A stretch of DNA of 61,340 nt, the filler included, from Rhabdomonas costata (lineage: Eukaryota), in NCBI GenBank assembly GCA_019059605.1. It is 11 parts of 11 records of this genome, joined end to end, with 100 filler letters (N's around TTAATTAATTAA, not from the genome) between each part and the next. Parts side by side here need not be neighbours in the genome. Positions count along the whole stretch, not along the records: positions 11,347 to 16,847 come from JAHMHO010000062.1; positions 16,948 to 22,409 come from JAHMHO010000063.1; positions 22,510 to 28,077 come from JAHMHO010000064.1; 8 more parts are not named here. One strand, given 5' to 3'. Within the stretch, counting starts at the first letter, position 1. Every line of letters begins with the position of its first letter. This document shows positions 12,325 to 22,937 of this stretch, piece after piece. The position numbers and the translations under genes were made by a program. The notes under the pieces are model-generated. The model made no database searches, had not been told where the DNA came from, and was given only the letters and a program-made list of their open reading frames with translations.

Positions 12325-12331
12325 TCTCCTT

Positions 12332-12376
<45 letters not shown>

Positions 12377-12447
12377 CTTTTCTGCCTTAACATCGCACAA
12401 ACAAAAACAAACGCGAACAAACAGAACAAATGTCCCTAAGTCAAAGA
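12325..12447 (+). repeat. Dispersed short repeat, copy C, with expanded (GT)n
   Basis: Same tctccttcacgtgtg start and tgtccctaagtcaaagaa end as copy B. Confidence 0.85.
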
Positions 12448-13568
12448 AGAAATCCCGTGCTTGCCAGGAGAAAAAGAGCAACGTGGGGTGGGCCAAAACC
12501 TGAGTCAGAGGAATTTGAAGGAGATCCCTCAGGGGAGTTCCAGTAGCAATAATACGTGTTCCCCTCGCTCTGCAACCTCACCCCAGGAATGCTCCCAAAC
12601 AGCACAGTGGAACCCCCCGCCGTGGCCTTCTTGCAGGCCTTGTAGAAGGAAACCCCCCGCCGCGAGATCACATACTGCGCAAGCTCGCTAAGCAGCTGCG
12701 GGGACTTCTCCTGCAGACGCGCGGTGACTATGCGACACAATTCGGCACGCCCTGACCCCCCGGGAAGGGTGTGGTTAGGACACAAAGACTCCCCAGGACT
12801 CTTCGCATTCAGGACGCACCAGCAAACGTTCTGGTTTGTCTCCAGGTGCACCCCAGGTATCTGCCCAAACAGTGCCAGAGGAGTTGAGCTCTTCAGGGAA
12901 AAGAGAGAGGCCTGGTAGAACTCCTCACCCAAGGTGGTAATCACATGTTCCACCACTTCAGTCAGAGGCACAGAGTTTCTCTTTTCCAGAAGTTTCAAAA
13001 CACAATTCGACAGGTCACCCAAGTCAGAGGTCGTGGCCACCCGGGCAGCCCGGGCCTTACCCAAAGCCCGCTGCAGCAACTGCGCACTCAAGCTCATCAA
13101 GGTGGGGTTTCCTACCCCAAGAACCGCTATGCCTTTTTCACTCAAATATTCGGCCAGCACGTTGAGCTGGCTCGACTTAGAGGCCAGACAAACGGAGCCC
13201 GGAGCACCCCGGGAAACGACAAGTTGCACCACGTCGCTGTAGATCTGCCAGATGGTCGGCTGCGTCAACCCACAACCTGATGACACCACCCTGAGCTGCA
13301 CTGTGCCCAGAGCTGACTGCAAAGAAGGATCAACGGTGAAGGTCGGGGTGCTGCTGTAAAGCACATACTGCTCAACCTTACCCACGGCTGCATTGATTGA
13401 GCAGCTGAGCTGGAGAAGATGCTCTGCCGAGAAGCTGTCAATGTCGATGAAGGCCCAAGGAGCAGGCGAGGCAGGAACACGAGCACTGGCAACGCTCCTG
13501 GGCGAGCATTGATGAGCCGATTTCAGAAGACTGTGGTTGGAGAGCTTCGCACCGAAGGCCTTCCACAT
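12441..13568 (-). CDS. NYN (PIN-fold) domain + two OST-HTH/LOTUS-like repeats (unit A, intact ORF)
   Basis: WAFIDIDS...YVLY...IYSDVVQL...VCLASKSSQLNVLAEYLSEKGIAVLGVG follows NYN/LabA topology. Two internal repeats end LFGQIPGV and LFGSIPGV. The basic, acid-free N-terminus looks like a presequence. A possible donor near 12499 makes the 3' end uncertain. Confidence 0.7.
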   Translation of the reverse strand: MWKAFGAKLSNHSLLKSAHQCSPRSVASARVPASPAPWAFIDIDSFSAEHLLQLSCSINAAVGKVEQYVLYSSTPTFTVDPSLQSALGTVQLRVVSSGCGLTQPTIWQIYSDVVQLVVSRGAPGSVCLASKSSQLNVLAEYLSEKGIAVLGVGNPTLMSLSAQLLQRALGKARAARVATTSDLGDLSNCVLKLLEKRNSVPLTEVVEHVITTLGEEFYQASLFSLKSSTPLALFGQIPGVHLETNQNVCWCVLNAKSPGESLCPNHTLPGGSGRAELCRIVTARLQEKSPQLLSELAQYVISRRGVSFYKACKKATAGGSTVLFGSIPGVRLQSEGNTYYCYWNSPEGSPSNSSDSGFGPPHVALFLLASTGFLL

Positions 13569-14215
13569 TATGTTACATCAGCAGACTTGGGGACGTGTAA
13601 GTGGGGGGGGGCGTCTCTAAAAGAGCGGTCTCTGGAGGTGCAAAAGTCTTCGTTTCGTTTGTGCGAGCTCCCCTTTCCTCTCCCCTCCTTTCCTCTTCCC
13701 AACTCTCCCATTGTCCTTCAACTTCTTATTGCTTCTATTCTGCAATGCAGTTTCTTCTTTTGCTGAAAATTACTGCCCTCTCGTTCGAGCATTGCTGTCT
13801 CTCGCATTTTTCACTGAGGGAATGAACGAAACGAAACGCCAGAGCTCGAATTTCGCAATGCGTACCGTAATGAGATAAATATCAGAAGCGGGAAATAAAA
13901 AAATGTTCGCAAGGTCACAGATATGGGCAGCAAACATCTGCAGTCTTCTTGGCGATGCATTCAACTACTGGGGGACCAATGACGGTTGCAGGTTTGATGA
14001 TCGATCACCATCCAATCTTGCGAATCACATTAATAGCGCATGCACACAGTATCGTGGCTAATGTGGATCTATCGCGACGAAGCTCAGAATTTGATTCCTG
14101 CGCAACTCCATGGAAATCTGCTGTTCACCCGCCGGAAGCGAAGCGCAAGGCAACCGATTTTTCCAAGCCAGCGGGAACAACGGGTTGCCAAGCAGCTTCC
14201 GAATGTGTCTCCAAA

Positions 14216-14600
14216 CTAATCTAACCCGGGATCATAGAACGCAGTGCAGCGCCCCTTAAAAGAGGGGTGGCCTACACCTATGACCTCGCCAGTGAGCGCG
14301 AGCTGGGATGCCAAAAGGGCAAGGTTTGAGTTCCCCGAAACGAGGCACAGCCGCGTCTTGCTCTGCAACAAAGCACAGCAAACGTCAGAGCGTAAAGCAT
14401 CCATACCAGACAAAATATGTGCACTCCAGTACTGTTGTCAAACGTGGGGTACAGGCTCAAACAAGAAATTTGAGAGTCCAGAAACGAGCTCTGCACCGCT
14501 GTCACATCCTACGGTCTCAAATTATTGTTTTGAAGAAATAAAACGGCATCGCAACCTGCAACCTGCGTTCTTAGCACAATGGGGCACCTTCAGCAAACAA
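14216..14600 (-). pseudogene. NYN-like unit B (in-frame TAG and a frameshift)
   Basis: DAVLFLQNNNLRP*DVTAVQSSF...SLY, then a shifted frame gives SGMDALRSDVCCALLQSKTRLCLVSGNSNLALLASQLALTGEVIGVGHPSF. Confidence 0.6.
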
Positions 14601-15094
14601 GTTTGGCATGAAATAAGAGACGCAAAGATATGGGTACAGCCTTCACACACAATGGAAAGGTAAAGGTGGGGAAGAAGATGAGTGGAAGTTGAGATGAAGA
14701 AAACGATGCAGGAAGGGGAAAAGTCATTGATTAGATCTTTCCGACTTCACATTGTCCAGTTTTCGATCTCCGGCGCAGACAGCAGCAGCACAGACACAAA
14801 TGGAGAGGAGAGGTATCTCCCCTCTCATTGCCATAGTTCTTGGCGGTTTGTCCGGCCGTTCCTTCTTCCAGGAATCCCTCCTCCCTTTCTGTTATTGAGC
14901 TGCATTGTGACCTTGGAGCATTTTGTTTCCCATGCTAGGTGAGGAGAGGATTAAGTCATCAAATCCTGAGCTCACTGTCTAATTTTCACAGCATGAAGGT
15001 CAGGTGCCTTGCGCCTTCAGAGATTACTTGCTCACACTGCTCCCTCCAACCGCTCCCCTCAGTGTCCTCCTGCCACGCTATTCCTTGTCGAACA

Positions 15095-15447
15095 CCTGCG
15101 CCCTGGACAGGGCAAAGATGTAGATCCGGGCAGCCGCGGCGTTCTCCTGAAGCGCTTGGACCCGTCGAACCTCGCACCCCGGCAGCGCCGGGTGGTCCTT
15201 CTTCGTCGTAAACAATGGTGTGCGTCAGCTGGTCAGCCAAGGTGCGCTGCAGGTAGGAGGTGACCCTCCAAAGAGGGGTTCTGAAGCTATCCCCATCAAC
15301 CAGACCGATAAACTTGCCAGTAGACGGTTGAATCTCTGAGAGACCTGCCGGTGAGTTGGTCAACTGCCGAGCCTTCCCCAGATCACCGCGCTGCAGACGG
15401 GGCATGAAAGCCCGCGGCACCAGCATGGGCCGCACCAAAAGGGACAT
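15095..15447 (-). pseudogene. NYN-like unit C (frameshift near 15207; downstream exons not resolved)
   Basis: MSLLVRPMLVPRAFMPRLQR...FIGLVDGDSF...TIVY, then the +1 frame gives TKKDHPALPGCEVRRVQALQENAAAARIYIFALSRAQ followed by a GT donor. Confidence 0.6.
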
Positions 15448-15824
15448 GAAAGCACAGGAATACCTCAACAACCAACTCAACAACCAACTCAACAACGTTG
15501 GCCAAAGCTTGTAACTGTGAACAAAAAAGCAATTACAAAAAGCAGCAATAATCTTTCTGACGTTATGGATGCTCTCAGTCGACAGCAGAAATCATTTCTT
15601 CAACATGACGGCAACCAAAACCACTAACCAAATCACCTGGTCGATCAGCTGCTTTCAAAGATCCTATCGAAGACCCTGCAACAAACACTTCCTTAGCCAC
15701 ACAAATAGCAGAAGAAGGCAAGCGCTGACATGGACTCACCCACACAATAAAGGTGTTGGTTGGCCAGGAAAAGCATTCGCTGGCCAGAAAGAAAGAACCC
15801 CAAAATTTACAATGATGAACAACT

Positions 15825-16847
15825 TCAAGGGACACTGGAGGCGTCTGTATCAAGGAAACACATCAGCTCTTCGCCCAAGCGCTTCACCGTAACCCCAGCA
15901 ATGTCAGCAAACACGTCGGAGGCCTTCATCTTTTGTCCAGCGGAAGACTTTCTGCATGACATATAGAAGGGTAAGCCACGGATAGAAATAATGTGTTGAG
16001 CAACCATATTGACAGCGGGCTTTCAGCAGCTCGGTGACGATTTCGGAGAGGTCGGTTTTCTGGAAGCAGTCCAGAGACGCGTCACCCTCGCCGTCTGTCG
16101 CACCATCACGCGCTTCCGAATTCGAGTAGTATGAAGAGGGAACCCGTCAAATGGTGACGGTGATGTTTTCCTCGGTCAGGCAGTACTTTACAGGCTCAAA
16201 GAGGGCACGCCCGGCAAAGCAAACAACCTCCCGGGGAATCTACAATTCCAGAAAAGAGATTTTTGTGGTTCTCCACTTCGCGGGGTAAATCCAGTGGCAG
16301 GTTTCACGTGTAAACTGCTCTCAGTCCCAAATTAAGAATGCAACTAAACCAAAGTCGAAAAAGAAGGGCGCCATATTTACCATCTCAAAAACATTTGACT
16401 CATTGGGCCAACAGAGAAAAGAGAGAATGCACCTTCATGACGCCTCAACTTATTTCGCGTCAAACGCTTCAAAAAGAAAATCCTGCTCCGACGTCTTTCG
16501 AAATCGAGAATTCCTGGAATGCAGGGACCATGAAGCATATTAACGACCTGATCATCTGCGAAACCGACGAGATACATTGATCTTGCAGATCCTCATCCGA
16601 GGTGCATTCAACTCTAACAGTCCCCAAGGGCAGCGTGACTCCCGACTTCCCAATGCCTGACTTTCCCAGAACAACAAAATATTCTACTCGACTTCCCAGA
16701 GATACCCCGTGTGTCCTCAGGGTCTGCACCAAAACGTCCTCAGGAACCGTTTGCCCGTCAACGAACACAAGCTGTGGAATTACACCCACCGCCACCGGTG
16801 GAACATCTGCCCCCTGGATCACTCGCGAAGGCGTCGTCACCCCAACA
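15825..16847 (-). pseudogene. NYN + OST-HTH unit D (5' end cut by contig edge; in-frame TGA and frameshift)
   Basis: LVFVDGQTV...VEYFVV. C-terminal LSEIVTELLK/MVAQHIISIRGLPFYMSCRKSSAG..DVFADIAGV aligns with unit A LCRIVTARLQ..LAQYVISRRGVSFYKACKKATAG..LFGSIPGV. Confidence 0.65.
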
Positions 16848-16947
16848 NNNNNNNNNNNNNNNNNNNNNNNNNNNNNNNNNNNNNNNNNNNNTTAATTAAT
16901 TAANNNNNNNNNNNNNNNNNNNNNNNNNNNNNNNNNNNNNNNNNNNN

Positions 16948-18696
16948 TTGTGTTTGTCCCGGATTCAGGCCATGCGTAACAGGGCCCCTGTGGGCTCTGC
17001 TCATCCGTTCGAGGTCTCCAAGGGTGACTTGAGGCGAATTATCAATACTGTTGGTCCAAAATGGGACGCGAATCGTGAGGGCTTATCGAAAAACCTTCTG
17101 GCTAATGCGGTGAGAAACTCCCTTGAAGTGGCCGTGAGCCAGAAATGGGATGCTGTGGCAATTCCACCCATTAGCACAGGAGTCTACAAAGCCCCACTTG
17201 ACATCGCTGCTGAAGTGATTCTGGAAGTGGTGCTGACTTTCTTCTCCACGCATCCTAAGACGCAGATGAAAGTCCTGCTTGTATGCCTTGAGAATCACAA
17301 GGCCCACTACTTTGAGAGCCTGGTCAGGCTGGCGCTTGGAATGTCCGTAAGGCAGGACCCCAATCCTGGTCCTGACCTTCTGCCGATAAGCTATCAATGG
17401 TCTTGGCGAATGGATGATGGCTCCTACCACTGCTATGACCCGAACGAAAACGAACAGATTGAGAGAGCCTATTTGAAGAAGGAAAATATGACTGGAGATT
17501 TCATTTTCGGTGATATTGACTGCGAAAAAAACGGCTGGACCTACAACATCTTCTTCGACTTCGGCAAGGGAACGGAGAGTTATCAGCAGAACACCAGAAC
17601 CAAAAAGAAACGTCACATCAAGCGAGCCTCAATCTCTGCGCCGAAGCCAATCGAAACGTTCAAAATCCCTTCCCGGTGTGGCGATCTATGCAAAGAGCTG
17701 GGGTGCACCAGCGTTTCTCTCCCTCCACCATCCAGTTTTGCAGTTCTGCGAGGTCTACCTGAGGTGGTGGCAAAGGCAGCCGAGTTCCTTTCGGCAACGT
17801 ATGAGAAGAACCTGGTGGTTGAAAATATCGATGGGAGGCTGTTTTCCATTTCCCCTGACAGAAACGACGTTGCAGGTCAACTCTCTGAGCTTAGCCGACG
17901 TCTAGGTGTCACCGCCACAGAGCAGTGGCGCGACAAAAAATGGCAAATCAAGGTTGAAGGACTGAAGCACCTAATGCCTAAAGCCCGGGTGCTACTCACC
18001 TCTGCCATCACCAAGTCTCAAAACAGCCCATTGGGTTGGGATGATACCGGTGCCGTTAAGCTTTTGCGAGAGCTTTCGAAGGAAACCGAGGAGTGGCTCT
18101 ATGTCAAAAATCGGGTGGCTCTGACTCTTCCGTCAGCAAAGCTGATTAAGCTAGAGATGGTGCAGAACCCCTTCCTTTGGCACAACTTTTGCCTGCAACA
18201 GCAAAAGGTTGAGGCCTCGAACGACGGAAACCCTAACTTCCGCTTGATGTTTCACGGGACGCGCGACCATACCCCGGAGGAAATATACCGGGATGAACTT
18301 GGTCTGGACATCCGGTTTGCTGCTTTGGGAATGTGGGGGAGAGGCACATATTTTGCAGATCATGCCTCATATTCCCACCAGTATGCACACACCCAAAATG
18401 TCTCCAACGTGCGGCAGATGTTCTTGTGCTTGGTGGCGCGTGGATCTTCGAAGGAGATGCCTCCAGACCAGAGTTTGTTTCGCCCTCCCGAGAGAAAGGA
18501 CGCGACTTCCTCCTCCGTGTGCTGCCTTCGTCATAGCAGTGTCTCGGGGGTAGCTCAAGGCTGTCCGGTGTGCATTGTGTACGACAATCACCAGGCCTAT
18601 CCCCAGCTGAGGTTCGATGGGACGTCTCCCACCCAGTGCCGAGTCGCTCGGAGAGTATTTTGCTGTGTCAATGCGCAGAACGTTTTGGTGAAATGA
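16948..18696 (+). CDS. Macro + WWE + PARP catalytic domain protein (PARP14/15-like mono-ADP-ribosyltransferase), 5' truncated
   Basis: Macro: IINTVGPKW...AVAIPPISTGVY. WWE: YQWSWRMDDGSYHCYDPNENEQIERAY...QQNTRTKKKRHIKR. PARP: LMFHGT, GMWGRGTYFADHASYSHQY, RQMFLCLV, IVYDNHQAYP. Confidence 0.9.
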   Translation: MCLSRIQAMRNRAPVGSAHPFEVSKGDLRRIINTVGPKWDANREGLSKNLLANAVRNSLEVAVSQKWDAVAIPPISTGVYKAPLDIAAEVILEVVLTFFSTHPKTQMKVLLVCLENHKAHYFESLVRLALGMSVRQDPNPGPDLLPISYQWSWRMDDGSYHCYDPNENEQIERAYLKKENMTGDFIFGDIDCEKNGWTYNIFFDFGKGTESYQQNTRTKKKRHIKRASISAPKPIETFKIPSRCGDLCKELGCTSVSLPPPSSFAVLRGLPEVVAKAAEFLSATYEKNLVVENIDGRLFSISPDRNDVAGQLSELSRRLGVTATEQWRDKKWQIKVEGLKHLMPKARVLLTSAITKSQNSPLGWDDTGAVKLLRELSKETEEWLYVKNRVALTLPSAKLIKLEMVQNPFLWHNFCLQQQKVEASNDGNPNFRLMFHGTRDHTPEEIYRDELGLDIRFAALGMWGRGTYFADHASYSHQYAHTQNVSNVRQMFLCLVARGSSKEMPPDQSLFRPPERKDATSSSVCCLRHSSVSGVAQGCPVCIVYDNHQAYPQLRFDGTSPTQCRVARRVFCCVNAQNVLVK

Positions 18697-19859
18697 AGTT
18701 CTTGCTTGGACCATTAGACGTTTTTACTCGCCACTTTAAGCGTGAAACTTCACTGGCTCAAAAGGGTCGTGGGGACAAATGCCAAACCGCCGCCCTGGCC
18801 CTGAGTATTTTCACTTTAGTCTGCAGTGATTCCAGATTCAGGCTATCAATGTTCTGAGCAGCTTGGGCTCAGGATCTTTTATTTTCTGGTAGTACATGCG
18901 CGCACACTTGGAACGGTAGCGTCATGGAATTCTCCGCCAATGGTAGAAATGCATGGAACCGGCAGTTGTTATGTTATTTTACTTTATAATAATAATAGGA
19001 AATGGGACATTTTCCCAGGCCATCCATTGTAGCCTGTTTTTCTCTCCATGCTGCTTAAGCGACCACCGGTTGAGTGGCTCTGTAATCGTGCGCGTAGTGC
19101 AGGGTTTGTGATTTTTGCTTCCTAGTGGTTGTTCTCAGCTAGCTCAGGCTTTGTGATTGCGCGCATCCTTTGAACACATCATGAATTAAGCCGAGTTTTT
19201 TATCACGGGTCAGAAACAGAACAAAAGTTGTGCGCAGTCCTTTGGTGACCTTTCGATGCGGAAGCCTACCGAAGAGACATTGATTTATTTTCACAGGAAA
19301 AGCTGATGTTTGTTGCAGCGTGCCTGCCCGTGGATTTCATTGATACGAACATATTACAAAGCCACTGTATTCGATTTTCCAATACCTGGTCCTGAATATC
19401 TTGCTGGAGCTCGCCGTTGGCCCTATCAATATTCCTTGTCGCTTGCCGGTTTCCTTCTCTTTCGTTCGACTGAAAGAGACGGACACTGAAAGTGCTGCCA
19501 CTGTAGAGGTGGCAGCACTCTGGCAACTGCGACCCACAGCAGTTGCTCTGTACAAAGTACTGCTTTGCTCCTTGTTTCAGTCGTTGACGTGTTGCTGCGC
19601 GTTTCTGCAGACGTTTTTCTGCACGATAGAGATGTTCAAAGTCAGAGAAGTCTGAGGCAAAAGAAAAAGAAGAAGAAGAGAAGAACAAAAATAGCATACT
19701 TCCTCACACCAAGAAATTTTTTTGAGTGTTAGAGCGTATCTCCCCTACAAGAAGCTGTAGTTTATTCACAGGTGGTCCGCAGTGATGCGAAAAATGTGCC
19801 TCCGACTGACTGTGCGTTTAAACGTTGTGAGTTCCCAGTGAATCCCATTGAGGTCAGAT

Positions 19860-22230
19860 GAGCTAACCTGTTTGCCCGAGGACGTGGAACGTGCGTATGC
19901 GAGCACCGGGTCATCACATCATAGAATGTGTCACAAACGTCCTAACCCATAAACCAAAGCGCTCTCAGACCGTCCTAATCTGAGAGTTACTTTGCAAAGC
20001 GGCAAGGTTTTGCGGTGGGTTGTTGGACGTGTCGCCTTCCAGCCTTCCGGCGGAAGAGTCCATCCTGCGGTTCGGCGAAATGGGGTGGACGAGGAAACTA
20101 CGGCAGAAACGAACCTTTGTCCAAATGGTTCCAAGCGGGGGTGACAGAAATCATTTAGTATTCCGTGGTGACGAGTAGTCCTTCTTGGCACCTTGTTCCC
20201 GTACGCCGCCGGTGTGACGCCCAGGCGTTGTGGGCAGGTGGCCCTGCGGAGCAGCCCCTGGGGCCATGGCGCGGCCCCTCGAACCGTTTGGGTTGTTTAA
20301 TGCCCCGTTCACGTTCCATAGGATCATTTCCTTCGTTCTTTTAGAATTGCGGGAGACTAAAGGTGCGTACATGGAAGACCTTTTCGTTCATTCGGAGACC
20401 TTGTATACCCATGGGGCCCCTTCTGGTGTTATAACACAGGTTGGACAAAACGCGTCTCGTTCAAATGCCGTTTATCTTCGCCCGGCCTGCCGTCCATAAT
20501 TGTGGATTTATTGTGGGGATAATTTGCCTTGGAACAAAGCCAACCAAACTGATGCTTGTATGCAAATGGCCGTAGTTGCTGAACACGACCGATTTGAAGA
20601 GTTTTCTGGAGATGTTTGGGTTTTACCATAAATTCGTCGAAGATTACGCCACAAGGGCATCACCACTGACGGATTTAATCGAGAAGAAGAGGAAGAAAAA
20701 AGAACGTTTGTGGAGTGAAGCTCAAGAGACGGCGTTTCAGAGGCTGAAGGCCAGATTTTTGAAACATCCAGTGTTAGTGGTTCCAGACTTGAAAAAAACA
20801 ATCATGCTTCACGCGGATGCGTCAGAGATTGGGATTAGAGCCACGCTTTCACAGCAAGTGGACGACATTTTGTGTGTTGTCGTTTCAGAAGGTTGTCCAC
20901 TCACTCCTGGTATTTGAATAGATTGAATGTTTGCTGAGTTTGGCGACGTTGAGATTCGATCCAAATCTGTGCACCTTTAATGATGGCAGCAGCATGTGAT
21001 CCATAGGATTTGTGGGCCAACTATTGGCTTGAAACAGAAGTGCAAAAGAGGTATTTCAATGTAACCACTGCAGAGTTGTTTGACTCTCAAAATGGCACCA
21101 AGGTAGACTTTGTGAGCTGGAGAAGATTCTGGTACCATTCTAGAAAGAATTAGAGGTAATTTCGCTGTACCACAATTCACCAGCAGCAGGGCATTGAGGA
21201 GTGGCCCGGACGGCCTCCATGATCAAGCGCACTTATGGATCTTTTGATCTTGGTGGAGATTGCAATCAACAGTTAGCCTATTTGCAATACTTAGTACAGA
21301 CCATTCTAATTGAATTACGTGTACCATCCGGTGTTCTGGTGTGACCTTCCAGAGTCTACAGAGCCAACACCAGGTGAATGTAAAGTCACCGTAAGACTCT
21401 GGATTCATCAATTGAAAGCAACTTAAAATAAAGTGCTGGAGGCATTCTAGAAGGAGAAGCAGAAGGCTGCGACGTATGCCAATCGCAAAAGAGCGGATTA
21501 CAAATTCTGTTTGGGTCAGGATGTGTTGATCAGTAAGTGGAGGAATTACCAGAGGAGGTTTGGAGATCCCACGGGGGCGTTGATGCCAAAGGTAGTGGGA
21601 CCGTTTACCATCATTAAAAATATTAAGGAGACGACCTCTATCCACATGTCTGAGTGTCGTTCCAGAGGGAAGTTCAGAGAGTTTAAGATCCGAACAGAGT
21701 GGAGGAAAGACTCCATTGGGGAGTCCTGATTACGGAGAATATTATGACAAAGATGAAAAAGCTTGAGGATTCTATCCAGTGTGGAGTCCTTATGCAGAGG
21801 AAGGTGATGTGGTTCCAGAGAGTTTAGAAGTTCATGCTAGGCCAGAGGAGTATGACTTGTAAGAGGAGGAATAATAGTTCACAGATGCAGAGCACTCAGA
21901 ATGTGACGAGGTCGTGGCAGCAGAACCAAACCATACCATTACCGAGACAGATATGGAGGAGGTAAGTAAAGAGATTGAATTGTAGGATGATATCGAACGG
22001 TTTACAGAGCATCGGACAGATCCAAACGTGGAACCTTAGGTGGTGGATGTTTCCCACAAACCAAGGGCTTGTGGAAACAGTATGGAGGAGCGTTTCATAG
22101 AGTTGCAGATGACAGCTGATGAAACAAAGCCACGTTGGAATGGAAGTTGTACCTTGATTCCACAGGACTTTTTAGTAAAAGACCAGCTGGGCTACGCTGT
22201 TTTTTTACGTGGTGGGAAGAGAGCTGGAAG
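19860..22230 (+). mobile_element. Decayed Ty3/gypsy LTR retrotransposon
   Basis: Gag knuckle remnant GHHIIEC (about 19910). RT PFGLFNAPFTFHR and YMED. Connection/RNase H SFLEMFGFYHKFV..ASPLTDL..WSEAQETAFQRLK..HADASEIGIRATLSQ. Integrase tail with GPF motif (PKVVGPFTI). Many stops. Confidence 0.88.
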
Positions 22231-22937
22231 GATTATAGTAGGTGGGTTTCTGGGGTAGAGTTGATTTTGCACAAGTGGGTAAGTGAGGTTGACGGTGTGA
22301 AAGTAGTTTAGGTAGGACGATCCATGGACGTTTCTGTTTGCCTTTGTGTTTACTTTCTTTGTTTCAACTTTTAATGTGCAATACAAAATGTTCAGAAATG
22401 AGCACACTTNNNNNNNNNNNNNNNNNNNNNNNNNNNNNNNNNNNNNNNNNNNNTTAATTAATTAANNNNNNNNNNNNNNNNNNNNNNNNNNNNNNNNNNN
22501 NNNNNNNNNGGGGTGGGGGTGGGCCGAACTGCTTCGGTTTAGAGCTGCGCTAGAGCGGCTTTTCGTGTCATTTTGGGCCTTCCGCAAAGGCCCTTTTTGG
22601 CTCTTGTAGGCCGGCATTCTGAGCTTAAGCTTTCTGCCGGGGCTGCTTAGTCTTCCGAAGCGTAGACCTCATGAGTGCTTCCTGCTTGCCTCTAAAAGAG
22701 ATACTTGCTAGTCAGCACTCGCGCAGCGGAATTGGGCAGACCAGGGTTTTTGTTGTTGTTGGTGGTGGTGGTGGTGGTGGTGTGTTTGTCATTTTCAGGC
22801 TTTTCGCAACCTTGTCTAGACCCTTGGATTGGAGAAGAGCCAGGCCAAGAAAAGTCTGCTTTGTTTCTTTTGTAGACAGCCAAGATGAGATGGCCAAATT
22901 TCTGCTTTGTGCTGACTCTGTTGCTTTCCTTTTTCAG

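Noticed and set aside
11900-16200. TGA reassignment or readthrough explaining the in-frame stops
   Set aside because: TGA terminates the MFS and WD40 genes, long conserved exons contain no in-frame TGA, and the affected units also carry frameshifts.
19266-19697. 143-aa minus-strand ORF
   Set aside because: It has a plausible acceptor but no recognisable domain or linked exons, so no call can be supported.
11347-22409. NYN array + PARP + gypsy as a co-located defence island
   Set aside because: The NYN array and the PARP gene are on different contigs joined by a linker, so their adjacency carries no information.
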